55,026 nucleotides of DNA, from assembly GCA_964529025.1 (NCBI GenBank), contig CAZGUZ010000005.1, forward strand, positions 18,129 to 73,154, read 5' to 3'. Of the stretch, positions 8,294-18,073 are shown in pieces (the stretch's first letter is position 1; each line of letters opens with the position of its first letter). Below the pieces are notes generated by a model. The model was not told where the DNA came from. It did not search any database and saw only the letters and a list, made by a program, of their open reading frames with translations. Origin of the DNA: an uncultured Candidatus Saccharibacteria bacterium. Its GTDB lineage: Bacteria > Patescibacteriota > Minisyncoccia > Phycocordibacterales > PALSA-1337. Position numbers and translations under genes: made by a program.

Positions 8294-8782
8294 TTACTGG
8301 TTCACCGCAAGACGAGCCTTGTTTTCAATAAAATCCGTAAAGGCTTGAGTCTTTTCCCAACAAGGCTTTGAAGCCTTCCATGGTTGGTGACTATACTTTC
8401 CGAAAAGCCACTTTGCGTATGCAAGGTTACCTTCGACAGTATGGATATCAAAACCGAGTTCTGCTGACTTCTCAAGGTGGTATCGCTCATTGATCTGCAT
8501 AACACCAACGTCATTTGAGTCAACGTTTCCTCGAAGCACACGACCCTTAGAGTCATAGTGTCGAAGTGTAGATTCACACTTAGCAATTTCTACAAGGAGA
8601 GGTTCATCTTTATAATACTCACTCAAATACTGTTCGAGTGTAAGGGGTACTTGCTGTACCTCTTCAACTACCGGCGCTGTTACTGAAGTAAGCGCATTTG
8701 CCTCGATGTCCGCAGGTGTCAAAGTTGATACTCCGTATACCGATGTGAAGAACAAAGCAATTCCAGTTGTAAGTGATGTCAT
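8294..8782 (-). CDS. Secreted lysozyme-like / lytic transglycosylase-like protein
   Basis: 162 aa with an N-terminal hydrophobic signal-like segment. The motif AKCES...DVGVMQINERYH resembles the catalytic Glu plus G-x-MQI signature of SLT/transglycosylase-like domains. Confidence 0.7.
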   Translation of the reverse strand: MTSLTTGIALFFTSVYGVSTLTPADIEANALTSVTAPVVEEVQQVPLTLEQYLSEYYKDEPLLVEIAKCESTLRHYDSKGRVLRGNVDSNDVGVMQINERYHLEKSAELGFDIHTVEGNLAYAKWLFGKYSHQPWKASKPCWEKTQAFTDFIENKARLAVNQ

Positions 8783-8976
8783 AAATTGAAAATGAGGTAC
8801 TCAAGAGCACCTCACTTACATAGACTATGATAGCATTTTTTAAACCTCGTGTCAAGCATTTTATGCGTCAAAAAGGCTATAAAACCCTTATGAAATAAGG
8901 CTATTTTGGAATATTTACGATACAACATTAATTAGCCTTTGTCACCTGTTGGTGGGCCTTTGAGCTGGACAGCCCC

Positions 8977-9330
8977 CTACCCTACACTTTTATAGTTTTT
9001 AAGGCCCTTGCATACCTTTGTGGGTTCAAAACCAGCACTAACTGCTTCGTCAAAACTACTAAAAATAACTCTATTTTGAGGCTTTAAGCGAGCTGGTCCA
9101 CTACACCAAGGAAAACCGAACTTCTTAGAGCTCTGAGAGCCATAAAACAAGCCCTGATTGTGCTTTTCACTGCCACGAGCACTTATGACCAAATCGGGTT
9201 TGTGGTACTCTCTATAAGCAAAATTAAGCCCCAAGAGGGCTACTACAAGCAACCCGACACCGGCACATACAAGCATTTTATTATATAAAGCTTTATGTAG
9301 ACCGTTTTTACTTATAATACCTTTGGGCAT
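8977..9330 (-). CDS. Small membrane-anchored protein with an Ada/'sunset'-like C-terminal motif (tentative)
   Basis: 117 aa with a TM helix (MLVCAGVGLLVVALLGLNFA). The C-terminus FPWCSGPARLKPQNRVIFSSFDEAVSAGFEPTKVC loosely resembles hxxxC...I...NrvxFxSxeEAxxaGyxPCkxC. Confidence 0.5.
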   Translation of the reverse strand: MPKGIISKNGLHKALYNKMLVCAGVGLLVVALLGLNFAYREYHKPDLVISARGSEKHNQGLFYGSQSSKKFGFPWCSGPARLKPQNRVIFSSFDEAVSAGFEPTKVCKGLKNYKSVG

Positions 9331-9485
9331 ACTCTACCCTATCAGAACCGGATCAAACCGCGATCAAATCTTGTTCAAAAATTACTCAAATACTTTAAAT
9401 ATCCCCTAAAACCCTTTCGGCCTTGATTTTTATAGGGCCATACTGTATACTCTCTTGGTAATTAATTTAGAACTATCGTAGAACT

Positions 9486-9758
9486 ATGGCAACAAAAAAG
9501 GCCGGTGGAGTAACAAAAAACGGACGAGATTCGAACCCAAAATACCTTGGTGTTAAGATTAACTCGAATGAAATAGCAAAGGTTGGACAAATCATTGTTC
9601 GACAGCGAGGAACACAAATGCTTCCAGGAAAGAACGTAGGTATGGGTAAGGATCACACACTCTTTGCTCTTAAGAATGGTCGCGTATCATTCTCGTCAAA
9701 GCGAAAGGTAAACTTTGATAACACTATCTCTCGAAAGAAAGTAGTCAACGTTATCTAA
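9486..9758 (+). CDS. rpmA: 50S ribosomal protein L27
   Basis: [24 protein letters not shown]...RQRGT...[13 protein letters not shown] is canonical L27. Confidence 0.95.
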   Translation: MATKKAGGVTKNGRDSNPKYLGVKINSNEIAKVGQIIVRQRGTQMLPGKNVGMGKDHTLFALKNGRVSFSSKRKVNFDNTISRKKVVNVI

Positions 9759-9772
9759 GTCTCGACAAACAA

Positions 9773-9797
9773 AAGACCGCTCAGGCGGTTTTTTGTT
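9773..9797 (+). terminator. Intrinsic terminator after rpmA
   Basis: GACCGC-ucag-GCGGUU followed by UUUUUG. Confidence 0.65.
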
Positions 9798-9836
9798 GCG
9801 TATACGGCGTGTATTAAGTACCACTTAAACCGAGGG

Positions 9837-10781
9837 CTACTTCCCCACCACTCCCCTTGTCTTTGCTCCAAAATATCCAAGCGCAGGAGTAATACCCTTG
9901 GCTTGTTGGAATTTAATGAGAGCAGATTGAGTAAGGGTGCCGAAGTAACCAGTAGCGAGGCCTGACTCTAGGTAACCTTGTTGTATGAGGAAGGTTTGGA
10001 GGGCGGTGACATCAGAACCACGTGAACCAAGGAAGAGGTCGCGGGTGTAGGTAGTCTCTGTTGATGTTTGTGGTACAGATGGAGTTGTGGGTGTTGTAGG
10101 AGTACCAAGAGCATTCACAAAGGTACGTGTAATTGGGCCAAAGTAGCCTGATGCTGGTGTGATACCAACAGATGTTTGGAATCGTGCAAGTGCTGCTTGA
10201 GTTTTAGATCCAAATACATTGATTTCATTACCTGGAGAACCTGGTCCTGTGGTAGATACAGTGAATCCTCGAGAGTTGAGGAAGCGTTGGAGAGCAATGA
10301 CGTCAGTACCTGTAGAGCCAAAGCTGAGGTCGCGGGTGAATATTGGAGTGTTAGAGCTTGAGGTTGGTGGTACAACTAGAGTTAGGAGTGGGATTGATGG
10401 AATAACTGGCGGTGTTGTGGTTCGAATACTGCCTCCTCCCCCACGGCGGCGGGATGCAGATGGAGTTGCTGAAGCATCACAAGCAGATGTGGTAAATGAT
10501 GTAGTTTGTGTTGTTGTTCCGTACGTATTTACTGCAAAAGCTTCGACAAAGTATGTAGTGTTACATGTGAGGTCTGTGAGTGTGTATTCGTGAGTACTAA
10601 GACTGTATCTTCCTTCTGTGGTGGTGCTCATACCGTATGCTAATGATGTTCCGTAGTTGAATCCCCTTGTGTGTGCTGGGGCAGAGCCGACATCGGTGAT
10701 GCTTGCTGATATTGTTGCTCCTGTTTGGGTGATACTTGATGTGGTGATTGAAGAGAGGGTGGTGGTTGGGGTTAAAGTGAG
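9837..10781 (-). repeat. Dispersed ~1-kb repeat, copy 1 (Ig/FN3 plus 2x PG-binding cassette)
   Basis: The 314 C-terminal codons align along their whole length with the 331 C-terminal codons of 22779..26603. Most residues are identical by eye, with long identical nucleotide runs. Confidence 0.85.
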
Positions 10782-13535
10782 GCGCATAAGTTCGCGTCCG
10801 ACGTTTGGTGATACTGCTGACATATATAACTCAGTCTCGTTGTTGGTTACGATCAAGTTTGCGGGAGCAGAGCTACCTGGTCCTGGGAATATATCAAAGA
10901 CATACGTTCCTTCGACAGTACCATCAGTCTTCCAAAGTTCTGCCCCATATTCTTCGTTCATACCTTGGAAGTATGCAACATCGCCGACAACCACAAGTGA
11001 TTGAAGTATTGATGAATACAATGAACCACCCGTCACACCATCTGATGTACCTTCGTATATATCTTTTATCATGTAAGTACCGCTTGTTGTTCCGTCAGAA
11101 GTCCAGAGCTCGAAGCCAGCATCTTCTGTCTGCATTTCAAAATATACTCGAGTATCACCTGCTACTAGTGGATCATACGACGCCGAAGTTTCTGTTTGCA
11201 TTATTGGACTACCTCCGTTTAAATCTTTTACAAGGACTGTGCCAACCGTTGTTCCATCAGTTTTCCAAAGTCGGTAGTTATCATCATTCGCATTATCGTT
11301 GGTGATAATAAAGATATTTCCATCAGCTGTAGCCGCCATACTTAAGAGTGATTCGTCGTCTCCTGCAAAGAAATCTTTAACAACAGTTGTTCCTTCTATT
11401 GTTCCGTCTGAGCGAATCAAAGCCCCGCCTCCGTCACCTGCGGCCTCAACACCATAGAAATATGCAACGGAATCAACCATCACCTGACTATTTGGAAAAG
11501 CGGTGAGTACAAAAAAATCAGTTCCTGTTATCAAGGTAGTACCGCCAGAAGTACCATCAGTACGCCAAAGACCGATACCCGAAGCGTCAGTTGCCGTAAA
11601 GAATAGGCTCGACGAAGCTGTCAGAAATCTCGTTGGCGCAGACGAACTTGAACCTGATCTTATATCCTTAACCATTACGGTTCCGCCACTCGTGCCATCA
11701 GAAACCCAGAGTTCTGTACCGTTTGTACCGTCGTTTGCAGTAAAAATAAGTTGCGAACCAAGTTGATTAAAGTTTGTTAAAGATGAGCCCGTTGTTCCTA
11801 CTCTTATGTCTTTTACGAGTACTGTACCACCTTCAGTTCCATCAGTTTTCCAGAGTTCTGCGCCATTAGCTGCATCTGTTGCAGAAAAATATGTCGTATT
11901 ACCGATCTTTAACATAGCACCGGTAGCACCTGAACCTGTTGTTCCACTAAAAACATCTTTAAGGAGTGCTGTGCCGCCCGTAGTACCATCAGTCTTCCAT
12001 ATTTCTGAGTTACTACTCGATGTAGCCATTCGGAAAACAAGTTCACCATTATTTGATGGTGCAACCATCGATATAGAAACTATACCATTCGTCCCAGTAA
12101 AATCTTTCACGAGCACAGTGCCACCTGTGGTACCGTCGGTCCTCCAGAGTTCTAGTCCATTTATTCCATCATCTGCAGCAAAATAGAGGTATCCATTGAA
12201 TACAAATGGTGTTGTAGGTGATGAACTGGCAATTCCACTACGGATATCTTTTACAAGTACCGTACCGCTTTCGGTACCATCGGTTTTCCACAACTCTGAT
12301 CCTGTTGTACCATCACTTGCCGAAAAGTATACTTCGTTATTATATAAGCCTAAATGAGAAAACGACGAACCACCAGCACCTGGGTTTATATCTTTAATCA
12401 TCACTGTACCTACCTCAGTACCATCAGTTTTCCAAAGTTCTGAACCATTAGTACCATCATTTGCGGATATAATTACACTGTTACCAATCTTTGAAAGAGT
12501 CATGATTACTGATCCATTTCCAGCTCCTGGATTTATATCTTTAACGATGGTTGTACCAACTGAAGTACCATCCGTTCGCCACAACTCCGTACCACTAGCT
12601 ACATTTGTTGCAGTAAAAAGTACAACGCTACTATCTAAAGACACAAAACTACCTGGTAAGGAATTTGCACTCCCAGGGTTAATATCCTTTATTTGTTCGG
12701 CCGCAAATGTGTTACCGTCGATTCGCCATAGCTCACGACCATTTGTGCCATCCTCACCACCTGTATAAATATACGAACCGATAGCGGATAAGTTTGTAGT
12801 AAGGCTAGGATATGTTCCTAGTGAATATGTTCCGAGTTCAGTACCGTCAGATCTAATCAGCGAACCACCTACCCCATCATCATTACCAAAAAAGAATATA
12901 TTGCTACCCACACTTCGCACTGAACCAGAAACATACCCAGAACCTGCACCTGCCCATAAGTTAGCAACCATGGATGTGCCACCGCTTGTACCATCCGACT
13001 TCCACAACTCTAATCCATTTGTACCGTCATTTGCGATGAAATATATGATTGAACCTATTACTGTGTTAACACTACTCGAAACACCACCGGACGATCCCGG
13101 TCTTATGTCCTTTACCATGCGAGTACCCTCTACTGTACCATCGGTCACCCAGAGTTCAGTACCATGTTCACGAGTCGATCCACGGAAAAATAGATAGTCC
13201 GTAGTAGTCCCCATAAACAGGAATGTTGAGCTGTCTCCAATAACAATATCCTTTACAAGTACGGTACCTACACCAGTGCCATCTGTTTTCCACAGCTCTG
13301 ATCCATACTCTGGTGTATTTATAACCGTGTAGATACTACCATTAAAAAGCATTGCGCTGGTCGGTTGACCCCCAATCGTACTGATTGTATTCGAATCAAT
13401 AACGACGCTCGGCAATTGAACCGCAAGAGCTTGCTGTGCAGTCATGAAAAACGACAGCGTGCAGCAAATTGCAAAAGTGACGAAATAAAATAGTGCCCTG
13501 GTGTGCATATTTCGAGCAGCGAAGGTCAACAACAT
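9837..13535 (-). CDS. Secreted ELWxxDGT-repeat beta-propeller protein with two C-terminal peptidoglycan-binding domains
   Basis: 1232 aa with a signal peptide. There are many repeats of G.ELW[KRV][TS]DGT..GT..VKDI.PG. An Ig/FN3-like module, SRRRGGGGS and two PG_binding_1-like repeats (GS.G.DV.ALQ.FL...G...G.FG..T..A...FQ) follow. Confidence 0.9.
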   Translation of the reverse strand: MLLTFAARNMHTRALFYFVTFAICCTLSFFMTAQQALAVQLPSVVIDSNTISTIGGQPTSAMLFNGSIYTVINTPEYGSELWKTDGTGVGTVLVKDIVIGDSSTFLFMGTTTDYLFFRGSTREHGTELWVTDGTVEGTRMVKDIRPGSSGGVSSSVNTVIGSIIYFIANDGTNGLELWKSDGTSGGTSMVANLWAGAGSGYVSGSVRSVGSNIFFFGNDDGVGGSLIRSDGTELGTYSLGTYPSLTTNLSAIGSYIYTGGEDGTNGRELWRIDGNTFAAEQIKDINPGSANSLPGSFVSLDSSVVLFTATNVASGTELWRTDGTSVGTTIVKDINPGAGNGSVIMTLSKIGNSVIISANDGTNGSELWKTDGTEVGTVMIKDINPGAGGSSFSHLGLYNNEVYFSASDGTTGSELWKTDGTESGTVLVKDIRSGIASSSPTTPFVFNGYLYFAADDGINGLELWRTDGTTGGTVLVKDFTGTNGIVSISMVAPSNNGELVFRMATSSSNSEIWKTDGTTGGTALLKDVFSGTTGSGATGAMLKIGNTTYFSATDAANGAELWKTDGTEGGTVLVKDIRVGTTGSSLTNFNQLGSQLIFTANDGTNGTELWVSDGTSGGTVMVKDIRSGSSSSAPTRFLTASSSLFFTATDASGIGLWRTDGTSGGTTLITGTDFFVLTAFPNSQVMVDSVAYFYGVEAAGDGGGALIRSDGTIEGTTVVKDFFAGDDESLLSMAATADGNIFIITNDNANDDNYRLWKTDGTTVGTVLVKDLNGGSPIMQTETSASYDPLVAGDTRVYFEMQTEDAGFELWTSDGTTSGTYMIKDIYEGTSDGVTGGSLYSSILQSLVVVGDVAYFQGMNEEYGAELWKTDGTVEGTYVFDIFPGPGSSAPANLIVTNNETELYMSAVSPNVGRELMRLTLTPTTTLSSITTSSITQTGATISASITDVGSAPAHTRGFNYGTSLAYGMSTTTEGRYSLSTHEYTLTDLTCNTTYFVEAFAVNTYGTTTQTTSFTTSACDASATPSASRRRGGGGSIRTTTPPVIPSIPLLTLVVPPTSSSNTPIFTRDLSFGSTGTDVIALQRFLNSRGFTVSTTGPGSPGNEINVFGSKTQAALARFQTSVGITPASGYFGPITRTFVNALGTPTTPTTPSVPQTSTETTYTRDLFLGSRGSDVTALQTFLIQQGYLESGLATGYFGTLTQSALIKFQQAKGITPALGYFGAKTRGVVGK

Positions 13536-13541
13536 AAAGCT

Positions 13542-13547
13542 ATTATA
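13542..13547 (-). promoter_or_regulatory. Extended -10 (TGaTATAAT) 6 nt upstream of ATG 13535
   Basis: The minus strand reads TGATATAAT-agcttt-ATG. Confidence 0.5.
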
Positions 13548-13595
13548 TCATGCACGTTAAGAGGGCTGTTCTGTAAGCTTAAAGCTGGGGACAAT

Positions 13596-14981
13596 TTACT
13601 TATTTTTTGAGTGAATGTTCAAAAGCACTTGCTCTACAACCTTTCTATCATCCCACGCTATGCTTTTGCCACCAATAATCATCGATTGCTCTGCCCCTTT
13701 TCCTGTTACAAGAATAATGTCACCGGCTTTAGCATTTGATATTGCATGAGTAATTGCTTCGGTTCGGTCTTCTATAACAAATAGATTTGTATTGCGCACT
13801 TTACCAAACTTTTCTGCTGTTTGTGCTATATCTTCAAGAATTATCTTTGGATCATCTTCATAGGGATCAACATTGGTTACATAGGCAATGTCTGCTTTAT
13901 GGGCAACAACTTCACCCATTTCAAAACGCTTTCGAGGGTCTCGGCCACCACCTTCTGCACCAAGGAGTACAATTATCCTGCCGTTCGAAGTTAACTGTGA
14001 ATTATCGCGGTTGTGTTCTGCTCTTATATTCTGAGCACTATCAAGCACAGCATTCATACTCTGTTTTTCGTGTGCATAGTCAACGATTACCATAAAAGGA
14101 CTATTTGCTTGTGTCATTACTTGCATGCGGCCAGGAATGCCCGCAAGCGAAGCAATGCCCTTTACCATATCTTGCTCTGGTGCCCCAAGAATGCGGCCGA
14201 TAATGAGTGCAGGAAGAATATTATATACATTAAATGTACCGAGAATTGGAGTGGTGTACGCCGTTGAACCAACCGTAAACGATGTACCTCCTGAATTACT
14301 TTTAATTGCAGTCGCAACAACATCGCCGTGTGTAAGGCTATAAGTTACTTTTGTATCTGCACCGAAGCCCGCATAGTATGGCATGTGTTCACTATCAGCA
14401 TTGGTAATTATAGCTGTAGGAATTTGTCGCCCGAGTATTGTTTTGCGTACTGAATTTTGCTTAACACCCCGGTCTTGTACAGCCTTAAAGAGCAAACCCT
14501 TAGTCTGTTTATATTCCTCAAAACTATTATTATGCGATGGTAAATGCTCGGGAGTAAGATTGGTAAAGACAGCAATGTCATAGACTATTCCACGGTGGCG
14601 CTGTTGCTTAAGTCCTTCTGATGTTGTTTCAACAACACATACCGAACAGCCTGCTTTAACCATATCTTTCATAAGGCTCGGAATTGCGAAACGCCCCGGC
14701 ATTGTCATGTGATAGTAGTTGAGAGTCTCATTTCCTCCAATGCGAATGTTTGCCGTACTAATGATGCACGTTTTAATGTTGGCAGCATTAAGCACTGACC
14801 AAATAAAATTTGCTGTTGAAGTTTTACCTTTGGTTCCGGTAACGCCAATAACTACCATCTTTTTGGATGGCATACCAGCAAGTATGTGACCAATGTACGA
14901 CAAAAGAGCATGGTACGCCGTTAGTACTACATGTGGAGTTATTGAGCGAATAGTTTTTTTGAAAAAATTAATTGCGGACAT
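13596..14981 (-). CDS. murE: Mur ligase family protein, MurE-like (UDP-MurNAc-dipeptide:amino acid ligase)
   Basis: 461 aa with the P-loop GVTGTKGKTST, Mur ligase middle and C-terminal layout and TNLTPEHL. The amino-acid specificity cannot be read from the sequence. Confidence 0.8.
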   Translation of the reverse strand: MSAINFFKKTIRSITPHVVLTAYHALLSYIGHILAGMPSKKMVVIGVTGTKGKTSTANFIWSVLNAANIKTCIISTANIRIGGNETLNYYHMTMPGRFAIPSLMKDMVKAGCSVCVVETTSEGLKQQRHRGIVYDIAVFTNLTPEHLPSHNNSFEEYKQTKGLLFKAVQDRGVKQNSVRKTILGRQIPTAIITNADSEHMPYYAGFGADTKVTYSLTHGDVVATAIKSNSGGTSFTVGSTAYTTPILGTFNVYNILPALIIGRILGAPEQDMVKGIASLAGIPGRMQVMTQANSPFMVIVDYAHEKQSMNAVLDSAQNIRAEHNRDNSQLTSNGRIIVLLGAEGGGRDPRKRFEMGEVVAHKADIAYVTNVDPYEDDPKIILEDIAQTAEKFGKVRNTNLFVIEDRTEAITHAISNAKAGDIILVTGKGAEQSMIIGGKSIAWDDRKVVEQVLLNIHSKNK

Positions 14982-16149
14982 AGGATCGTATATATGAAAT
15001 AATTTTTACTAAACAATAGCCAAGGTATCGGAATCGGCGAACAGGAACGTCGTACATAAATGGGTGCACACGAGCCTCTCCACCAAACTTTGTTTTAAAT
15101 TCTGTAATTCCCTTCCAACCAAACTTGGGGAAATTAGGTGTCGATATACCACCAAAATTGTACCATATTTTACCGTCTCGCTTAGAACGCTCAAGAGCTT
15201 TCCACTGTGCTAAATATGTAGGCATGAGGTTTCGACCACTATTTGATGAAGTTCCAAACAAGTAATATGCCGAAGTTTCTGTATATACTATCAAATTCGA
15301 AACCAAGAGTTTTTGGTCATCACCTACCCCTTCGTATACATTTATAAGAAAACCGCCTTTACTACGGGATGTTGTAGTAAATACAGCTTTATAATAAGCA
15401 TGATCGTGCATACAAAATTTATCGCGCTCAGCCGTTTCTTTCATTAAAACCTCAAAGTTTTTTTGATGTCCTAAAATATCTTTTCCTGTAACAACTTCGT
15501 ACGATACAATCTTTTCAGCAAGCTTTTTTTCGGCAAGCTTAATACTGTATCGCGTCTTATGATGCATTGCTGCCAATATTTCGGCATAGGTCTGCTTAAG
15601 TGATATATGCCATTCGGCGCGTGGCTGAAAATATGATCCACCCAAACGATATTGGGGCATAAGTTTCTGTATACCCTGAGGAACGAGTTCTTGATATACT
15701 TTTTTGCCTTTAATTTTTTGTGGTAACGAGGTATAAATCGTCGCATCAGTACGAATGAAAACTGTAGTGTTTGTACTGTGATTGAGTACAGCGAGTGACT
15801 CTTCAATGCTTTTAATAGTTTGACGCAGAACACGGCTCATACATTCAATTTCTTGTCGAATATTTGCAGAATTTGGCACTACCATAACTGGCCCATAAGG
15901 GGTATACCAATACTGCATACGGGTTGAGCCCATATGATAACGAACCGCTAAGCCTGCGCCACAAAAAATTCCGTCTCGAACAATACAAAACCATATGACT
16001 TTGCGCTTATTCTTAATTTGCCACTCCGCATACTGAACAGTTTGAGTCAAAGGTATTTCAATGTCAGGAAAACTCAAAATAAGCTGTTGTATGAGCTCTT
16101 GTGTTCCAAGGGTTATTTCATAATGTGGCTGCGGCTGAGGAGTAAACAT
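14968..16149 (-). CDS. FemAB-family peptidyltransferase (peptidoglycan interpeptide-bridge formation)
   Basis: 393 aa. The pattern ...AYYLFGTSSNSGRNLMPTYLAQWKALERSKRDG..WYNFGGI... is typical of FemA/FemB/FemX. It overlaps the murE-like start by 14 nt. Confidence 0.8.
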   Translation of the reverse strand: MFTPQPQPHYEITLGTQELIQQLILSFPDIEIPLTQTVQYAEWQIKNKRKVIWFCIVRDGIFCGAGLAVRYHMGSTRMQYWYTPYGPVMVVPNSANIRQEIECMSRVLRQTIKSIEESLAVLNHSTNTTVFIRTDATIYTSLPQKIKGKKVYQELVPQGIQKLMPQYRLGGSYFQPRAEWHISLKQTYAEILAAMHHKTRYSIKLAEKKLAEKIVSYEVVTGKDILGHQKNFEVLMKETAERDKFCMHDHAYYKAVFTTTSRSKGGFLINVYEGVGDDQKLLVSNLIVYTETSAYYLFGTSSNSGRNLMPTYLAQWKALERSKRDGKIWYNFGGISTPNFPKFGWKGITEFKTKFGGEARVHPFMYDVPVRRFRYLGYCLVKIISYIRSYVRN

Positions 16150-16196
16150 CGTTTCGGAATATACAGAATTTTACGAACTTACATTGTGGGTGCAGA

Positions 16197-17489
16197 TTAT
16201 AGGTACGACAATGGATTCATATAACCTTGTGGGTCAGAGACAGGGATTACGGCACCATTACAATTTCGACTCGTAGTAAGTTTAGTGATTCGAACTGCTT
16301 CGGTCAAGTAAACGCCGAAGTGTAAGTGTGGGCCGGTTGAATAACCGGTATTACCACTGTATGCAATAAGATCACCACGTGATACTGCTTGGCCGGTCTT
16401 AACAAGAGGTGTTGATAGGTGGGCAAACAATGTTGAAAGGCCGTTTGGGTGTTTGATCATTACCCAGCGTCCATATGAATAGCAGCCACGAATTAAACCG
16501 GTATCACCAACACCAGCAACAATACCATCAGCCGGAGCAAAGACTTTTGTACCAACAGCCGCACGCAAATCGATACCGTTGTGTCCTTGTCCACCATAGC
16601 CTTGCGGATTTTTTGTTGCAAAAGGAGTATTGCCGAAATATTGTGTAATAGTTACACTTGCAAGAGGCCAACTCAAAACACCCGTTCCAGCCTTTGGAAC
16701 TGATGATGGATTAATTGCAATTTTAAGTTCTGATTCGAACTTAAATATTTCTTGTTCGAAAAGTATTTTTTGCGCAACCTTGTCTGCGATAATTTTTTTG
16801 TAGTTTGCTTCTGTATTTTTTGTAGCAGATAAGAGTGATGCTTGCTCAGCCTTTGTATCAGCCAAAAGCTTATTTTGATTACTGAGCTGTTGGCGTAATT
16901 TTAATAATTCAGCGCGCTGGTTTTCAACAGATTTTTTATTATTCTCAAGAGTCTTTTTACTTGCTTCAAGTTCGGTAATAGCTTCACTTACCCCTTCTTG
17001 AATTCGCTCAAGACTGTCAGCTTCAGAAAAAAAGTTTGAGAGCGATAGATCACCGAGTAGAATTTCAACAAGTGAAACTGAATCGTTTTTGTGAATAGTC
17101 TTAATACTCTCTTTAATCGTATTTTGATTAAAAAGTATGCGCTCGTTTCTTGCTGTAATGTCTTCAGATAGATTCCCTATTTTATCATTTGCAGCATTGA
17201 TTTTTGCTTGGGTAACTTTAAGATCAGCTTCAATCTTTTTTTGTGAAAGTTCGAGTGAGCGAACAGTATTCTGAAGTGTATTTGCCTCTTTACTAATTGA
17301 CTCGAGCTCGTTTTGGTACTGAGCAATTTCCCTTTCTAGAAGTTCAATACCTGAATTTCTGTCATTGATTTGTCGCTGCAGCACATCGACATTTTGTGCA
17401 TATGCCGAAACAGGCAGTGTCGCCATAATAACCATGATTGCGACACCGCCTGTTTTTTGTATGAGGTTCGATAGAGAGAATCGAACCAT
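16197..17489 (-). CDS. M23 family metallopeptidase with N-terminal coiled coil (EnvC-like)
   Basis: 430 aa with a signal/TM segment and a long coiled coil. The C-terminal LytM motifs are GHNGIDLRA and GNTGYSTGPHLHF. Confidence 0.9.
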   Translation of the reverse strand: MVRFSLSNLIQKTGGVAIMVIMATLPVSAYAQNVDVLQRQINDRNSGIELLEREIAQYQNELESISKEANTLQNTVRSLELSQKKIEADLKVTQAKINAANDKIGNLSEDITARNERILFNQNTIKESIKTIHKNDSVSLVEILLGDLSLSNFFSEADSLERIQEGVSEAITELEASKKTLENNKKSVENQRAELLKLRQQLSNQNKLLADTKAEQASLLSATKNTEANYKKIIADKVAQKILFEQEIFKFESELKIAINPSSVPKAGTGVLSWPLASVTITQYFGNTPFATKNPQGYGGQGHNGIDLRAAVGTKVFAPADGIVAGVGDTGLIRGCYSYGRWVMIKHPNGLSTLFAHLSTPLVKTGQAVSRGDLIAYSGNTGYSTGPHLHFGVYLTEAVRITKLTTSRNCNGAVIPVSDPQGYMNPLSYL

Positions 17490-17494
17490 CGGTA

Positions 17495-17989
17495 TTAGCC
17501 CTTATCCCCCACTGCTAATGTTGCTCGGAATGTTTGAACAACTGGTGAACCTGTTGTTCCAAGAGCTGGTGCATCTGTTGCATCAAATACACCATTTGCA
17601 TTTGAGTCTACATAAAGTGCCACGAAGTATGTCTTACCATCGAGAGTCTTTGTTGTAAGGTTAACCTGACCTGGTCGCACTCCTGCCTTTACGTATGAAG
17701 TACCCATAACTTTACCACCCTTTGCTGGATCTGCATCGTACACAACAACAAAACCATCTTTTGCAAGTTCAACTGTTGTTACATATACAATGTTACCAGG
17801 AAACTGATCAGTAACAGTAACCACATTCTTGTACTGTGGCAACTGAGTTGTTGTCACAGATGAAGGAGTACCGGCAGGCATACTATCCCCGCGAGTAAGC
17901 ATGTACACACCAAACACAATAAGAGCTACTACGACAATAGCCGTAATGACCCACTGTGTTACTGAAATACCAGATCTATTTGGTTCCAT
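17495..17989 (-). CDS. Hypothetical membrane-anchored extracytoplasmic protein
   Basis: 164 aa with one N-terminal TM helix followed by a beta-rich domain. Appears co-transcribed with the M23 gene (5-nt gap). Confidence 0.6.
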   Translation of the reverse strand: MEPNRSGISVTQWVITAIVVVALIVFGVYMLTRGDSMPAGTPSSVTTTQLPQYKNVVTVTDQFPGNIVYVTTVELAKDGFVVVYDADPAKGGKVMGTSYVKAGVRPGQVNLTTKTLDGKTYFVALYVDSNANGVFDATDAPALGTTGSPVVQTFRATLAVGDKG

Positions 17990-18073
17990 ATATAAATTAT
18001 TGAGTTAACGAATAACATACTAAGTATACCATGCGCACACCGAGCACAAGTGTGCCAAAATGTTGACAAGTTT

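Noticed and set aside
10115-13197. Numerous 60-170-aa ORFs on both strands inside the ELWxxDGT genes (for example 10219..10593, 10805..11305 and 11806..12186), and likewise 23102..25755 and 49379..49992.
   Set aside because: They are shadows of the long repeat-rich genes, in alternative or antisense frames of repetitive codons. They have no start-site signals and give low-complexity translations.
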